A stretch of 12,209 nucleotides of DNA from Octopus sinensis. Lineage: Eukaryota. The notes beneath the pieces were generated by a model. The model saw nothing but the letters and a program-made list of their open reading frames with translations, did no database searches and was not told where the DNA came from. Shown piece after piece: positions 9,593 to 12,209 of this stretch; within the stretch, counting starts at the first letter, position 1, and every line of letters begins with the position of its first letter. The DNA lies in NCBI RefSeq assembly GCF_006345805.1, contig NW_021826462.1, positions 1-12,209 on the forward strand. Reading direction: 5' to 3'. The translations under genes were made by a program, and so were the position numbers.

Positions 9593-10270
9593 TACGAGGT
9601 ATGGACTCGTACAAAGTTTGAATTGTTTCCAAAGGAATTTTTGTCCATTCTTCAGCTAAAACAGTCTCCAGTTCTTGTAGTGATGATGGTGGAGGATATC
9701 AACTCTTCACTTGTTTTTCTAAAACGCACAATAAATGTTCAATAATATTGAGATCTGGGGACTGTGGTGGCCAGATAAGATGTTCAACTTCGCTAGAATG
9801 TTCCTCGTGCCATTCAGTAACAACTTTAGCTGTGTGAATTGGGGCATTATCATCCTGAAAGATGGTGTTTCTCTCTGGAAACAGTTCCTTGACCATAGGA
9901 CGAATTTGATCAGATAAAATGCATAAATAATCTTGACTATTAATTCTGCCATGAAGGGAAACCATTGGGTCGGCGGATTTCCAAGATATAGCCTCTCCAG
10001 ATCATCACGGATCCTCCTCCATGTTTAACAGGTAGAAGAAGGCAGTCTGGGTCAAATGCTTCTATTGGTTGTCTCCACACGTATACTCGGCCAGTGGTCG
10101 GAAATAAGGTAAAGGATGACTCGTCTGAGAAAATAACATTCTTCCACTGTTCTAGGGACCAATTCTGTAGGTTTTTACTCCGCTCTAAACGCTTTACAAC
10201 GTTTGTTTTTGAAAGAAGTGGTTTTCTGATTGCAGCCCTCCCGTGAGATCCGGCTTTTTGCAACACCCCT
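9593..10270 (-). mobile_element. Decayed Tc1-like transposase fragment with DD36E triad, no TIRs visible
   Basis: The minus strand encodes LQKAGSHGRAAIRKPLL...WKNVIFSDESSF...KHGGGSVMIW, then a +1 frameshift (~9995), AISWKSADPMVSLHGRINSQDY...FQDDNAPIH...WPPQSPDLNIIEHL, a premature TGA at 9699-9701, and YPPPSSLQELETVLAEEWTKIPLETIQTLYESIPR. Catalytic codons: D 10123-10125, D 9849-9851, E 9738-9740. Confidence 0.93.
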
Positions 10271-10279
10271 TGTAAACTG

Positions 10280-10495
10280 TTCTTAACGTTCTTGTTATCA
10301 AAGAATGTATATATGTATTGTAGTATTTTGTGACAACCAGTACCTAACACAACCAAGCTTTTACATGTTACTTTTGACAATCTTTTTCTAAAAGTGAAAC
10401 CGGTAAAGTAAATAAACATCTTTTAAAATTGCATTTTCAAACCTTCTTTCATATATAATTCCGCTCGTGCGGTACCTTGCAACTCCACTTTGTTA
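10280..10495 (+). mobile_element. Probable terminal fragment of a Penelope-like element or retrozyme-type repeat
   Basis: AT-rich non-coding segment that replaces the Tc1 5' end. It carries the minimal hammerhead candidate and AATAAA and ends at a (TA)n tract. This is an inference from the known association of PLEs with hammerheads; no RT or GIY-YIG coding sequence is seen. Confidence 0.35.
10368..10411 (+). ncRNA. Candidate minimal type I hammerhead ribozyme (U3-A8 core variant, palindromic stem III)
   Basis: UUACUU-UUGACAA-U-CUUUU(UCU)AAAAG-U-GAA-ACCGGU-A|-AAGUAA. Stem I is 6 bp, stem II is 5 bp closed by U.U, and stem III is the palindrome ACCGGU. The GUA cleavage triplet ends at 10405, and AATAAA follows immediately. 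Confidence 0.6.
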
Positions 10496-10517
10496 TATAT
10501 ATATATATATATATATA
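10494..10517. repeat. (TA)n
   Basis: Direct reading. Confidence 0.9.
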
Positions 10518-10719
10518 CTTTATAATTAGGGTTCAGCAACGATTTGCTTCATCACATACCGAAGTTTAGAAATAGCAGTCAAAAAATCCTAGCTATTCCT
10601 TCCACTTTAAAAGGGGCTCCCAGAAAAACTTAAGCTTACCATGAAATGGTCTTTTTCATGCCGAATTCTACTTGGTGAAATTACTGATTACTTCTTAATT
10701 AATTAATAATACGCTTTGT

Positions 10720-10770
10720 TATTATTTATATATATATATATATAATATATAATATATTATATATACAATT
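10720..10770. repeat. (TA)n/(TAA) tract
   Basis: Direct reading. Confidence 0.85.
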
Positions 10771-10882
10771 AAAAAGGATGACCGGCACCACTTTTGCTAA
10801 AAATAAGAGCTAAAATAACTCAAAAGCCGCGTAAGCACTGAACTTGATGACCGAGAAAGGGAGGAAAGACCGTAGCATAAAT

Positions 10883-10938
10883 AGTCGGATCGCGTTTTCG
10901 GATTTCGTTGGAGACCATCTTAATACTCATCAGCGACT
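10883..10938 (-). ncRNA. Candidate type I hammerhead ribozyme with canonical core
   Basis: Minus-strand RNA AGUCG-CUGAUGA-GU(AUUAAGAUGGUCUCCA)AC-GAA-AUCCG(AAAA)CG[C]GAU-C|-CGACU. The core is intact, stem I is 5 bp and stem III is 5 bp with one bulge. The AUC triplet predicts cleavage between 10888 and 10887. Stem II is weak. Confidence 0.68.
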
Positions 10939-11007
10939 CTTAATGCCTAGGGTTAAACTCAACTACCCCCTGTCAGTCTTATAAGACAAACCGTTACACA
11001 TTGATAT

Positions 11008-11375
11008 ATTTGTATGCATATATATATATATGTGTGTGTATGTGTGTTTGTGTGTGCGTGTGTATGTGTGTGTTTGTGTGTGCGTTTGTATGTGTGTGTT
11101 TGTGCGTTTGTGTATGTGTGCGTTTGTGTGTGTCTTTGCGTATGTGTTTGTGTGTGTTTGTGTGTGTGTATTTGTGTGTGTGTATGTGTGTACGTGTGTG
11201 TGTGCATATGTGTTTGCGCGTGTGTGTGTATTTGTGTATATATGTGCGTGTGTATTTGTGTTTGTATGTGTGTATGTCTGTGTGTATAAGTGTGTATGTG
11301 TGTGTGTGCATGTGTATGTATCTGTATATTTCTGTGTGTATATGTGTGTATGAGAGTGTGTGCGTGTATGTGTGT
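11008..11375. repeat. Degenerate (TG)n/(TA)n microsatellite
   Basis: Direct reading; this explains the C/V and H/T ORFs at 10959-11544. Confidence 0.95.
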
Positions 11376-11570
11376 AAGAATTCAAGCGTGTACGTCAATA
11401 GGAAGTAGGTCTCGCGTTACGGCTAGACTTTCGAAACCCCACGATTCCGTAACGCGGAAAAAGGCTGATAAATTCGCAGCCATAGTAACCATGATATTAT
11501 TAGGTCAATCCTTGTTAGAATCGGTGAAGCGGAAGATAAATTAATGCCGTTGCTTCGCTTATTTATGAAG

Positions 11571-11692
11571 CTTTACGTCCGGGGTTCAATTCCCAGGCGG
11601 GATCGACTTTGTCTTTTCATCTTTTCAGGGTTCGGGTCACGTGGGTCTGACTAACTGAAGTACCAGTCGTGTACTGGGGTCGTCGTAATTGA
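11571..11692 (+). mobile_element. Old, diverged tRNA-derived SINE fragment
   Basis: B-box-like GGTTCAATTCCC (11583-11594), then gatcgactttgtcttttcatcttttcagggttcg...aagtaccagtcgtgtactggggtcg. This resembles the widespread animal SINE central domain gcctttcatcctttcggggtcgataaa..agtaccag (recalled). Confidence 0.55.
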
Positions 11693-11792
11693 TGTTTTTT
11701 CTTGCTTCCTTCAATTTTTTTGTTTGTATTTTTTGCAAGCCGCCGTTGGATTTGGAAGGCGGGAAAGGATGAGAGAGTTTATGGTTTGTATG

Positions 11793-12029
11793 CATCATCA
11801 TCATCACCATCATCACCATCATCATCATCATCATCACCATCATCACCATCACCATCATCACCATCATCATCATCATCATCATCACCATCATCACCATCAT
11901 CATCATCATCACCATCTTCATCACCATCATCACCATCATCACCATCACCATCATCACCATCATCATCATCATCATCATCACCATCATCACCATCATCATC
12001 ATCATCACCATCTTCATCACCATCATCAC

Positions 12030-12064
<35 letters not shown>

Positions 12065-12084
12065 CCATCATCACCATCATCATC

Positions 12085-12115
<31 letters not shown>

Positions 12116-12209
12116 CCATCTTCATCACCATCATCACCATCATCATCATCACCATCCAAACCGTCATCATCGTCACCCTCATCATCATCATCATCATCAC
12201 CATCATCAT
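11793..12209. repeat. (CAT)n/(CAC) trinucleotide array with internal ~100-bp higher-order duplications
   Basis: Direct reading; the landmark caccatcttcatcacc recurs at ~11910, ~12006 and ~12116. Confidence 0.95.

Noticed and set aside
9940-10419. 159-aa ORF as an intact gene start
   Set aside because: The first ~50 aa come from unrelated non-coding sequence (the hammerhead-bearing segment) fused to a truncated transposase, and a frameshift and premature stop follow.
10525-10560. Third hammerhead-like core on the minus strand (GUGAUGA-AGCAA-AUCG-UUGCU-GAAC)
   Set aside because: Stem II is perfect, but C3 and A15.1 are mutated and no stem I or III partners are found. At most it is a dead remnant.
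11637-12209. Asp/Gly-rich (aspein-like) and Met-rich ORFs
   Set aside because: Pure (GAT)/(GGT) repeat with no signal peptide, splice signal or complex flanking domain visible. The ORF runs off the window edge, so coding status cannot be fully excluded.

Overview
Eukaryotic, non-coding, extremely repeat-dense window. The SINE families and the microsatellite load suggest an octopus-like cephalopod genome; this is inferred from recognition, not from a search. No intact protein-coding gene is supportable, and almost all listed ORFs are translations of simple repeats. The window contains (i) three minus-strand copies of a tRNA-derived CORE-type SINE (921-1596, 9054-9509), (ii) a head-to-tail pair of tRNA-derived SINEs with the same head and different tails, enclosed by one 10-bp target-site duplication (8143-8971), (iii) a ~107-bp structured minisatellite of ~15 units (3653-5658) interrupted by a doubly deleted Hsmar1-like mariner remnant (5226-5595), (iv) a decayed Tc1-like transposase with DD36E spacing (9593-10270), and (v) many microsatellites. 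The most notable signal is two convergently oriented type I hammerhead ribozyme candidates about 470 bp apart. One is a minimal U3-A8 variant with a palindromic stem III on the + strand (10368-10411). The other has a canonical core on the - strand (10883-10938). Both lie in (TA)n-bounded modules resembling Penelope-like element or retrozyme termini.
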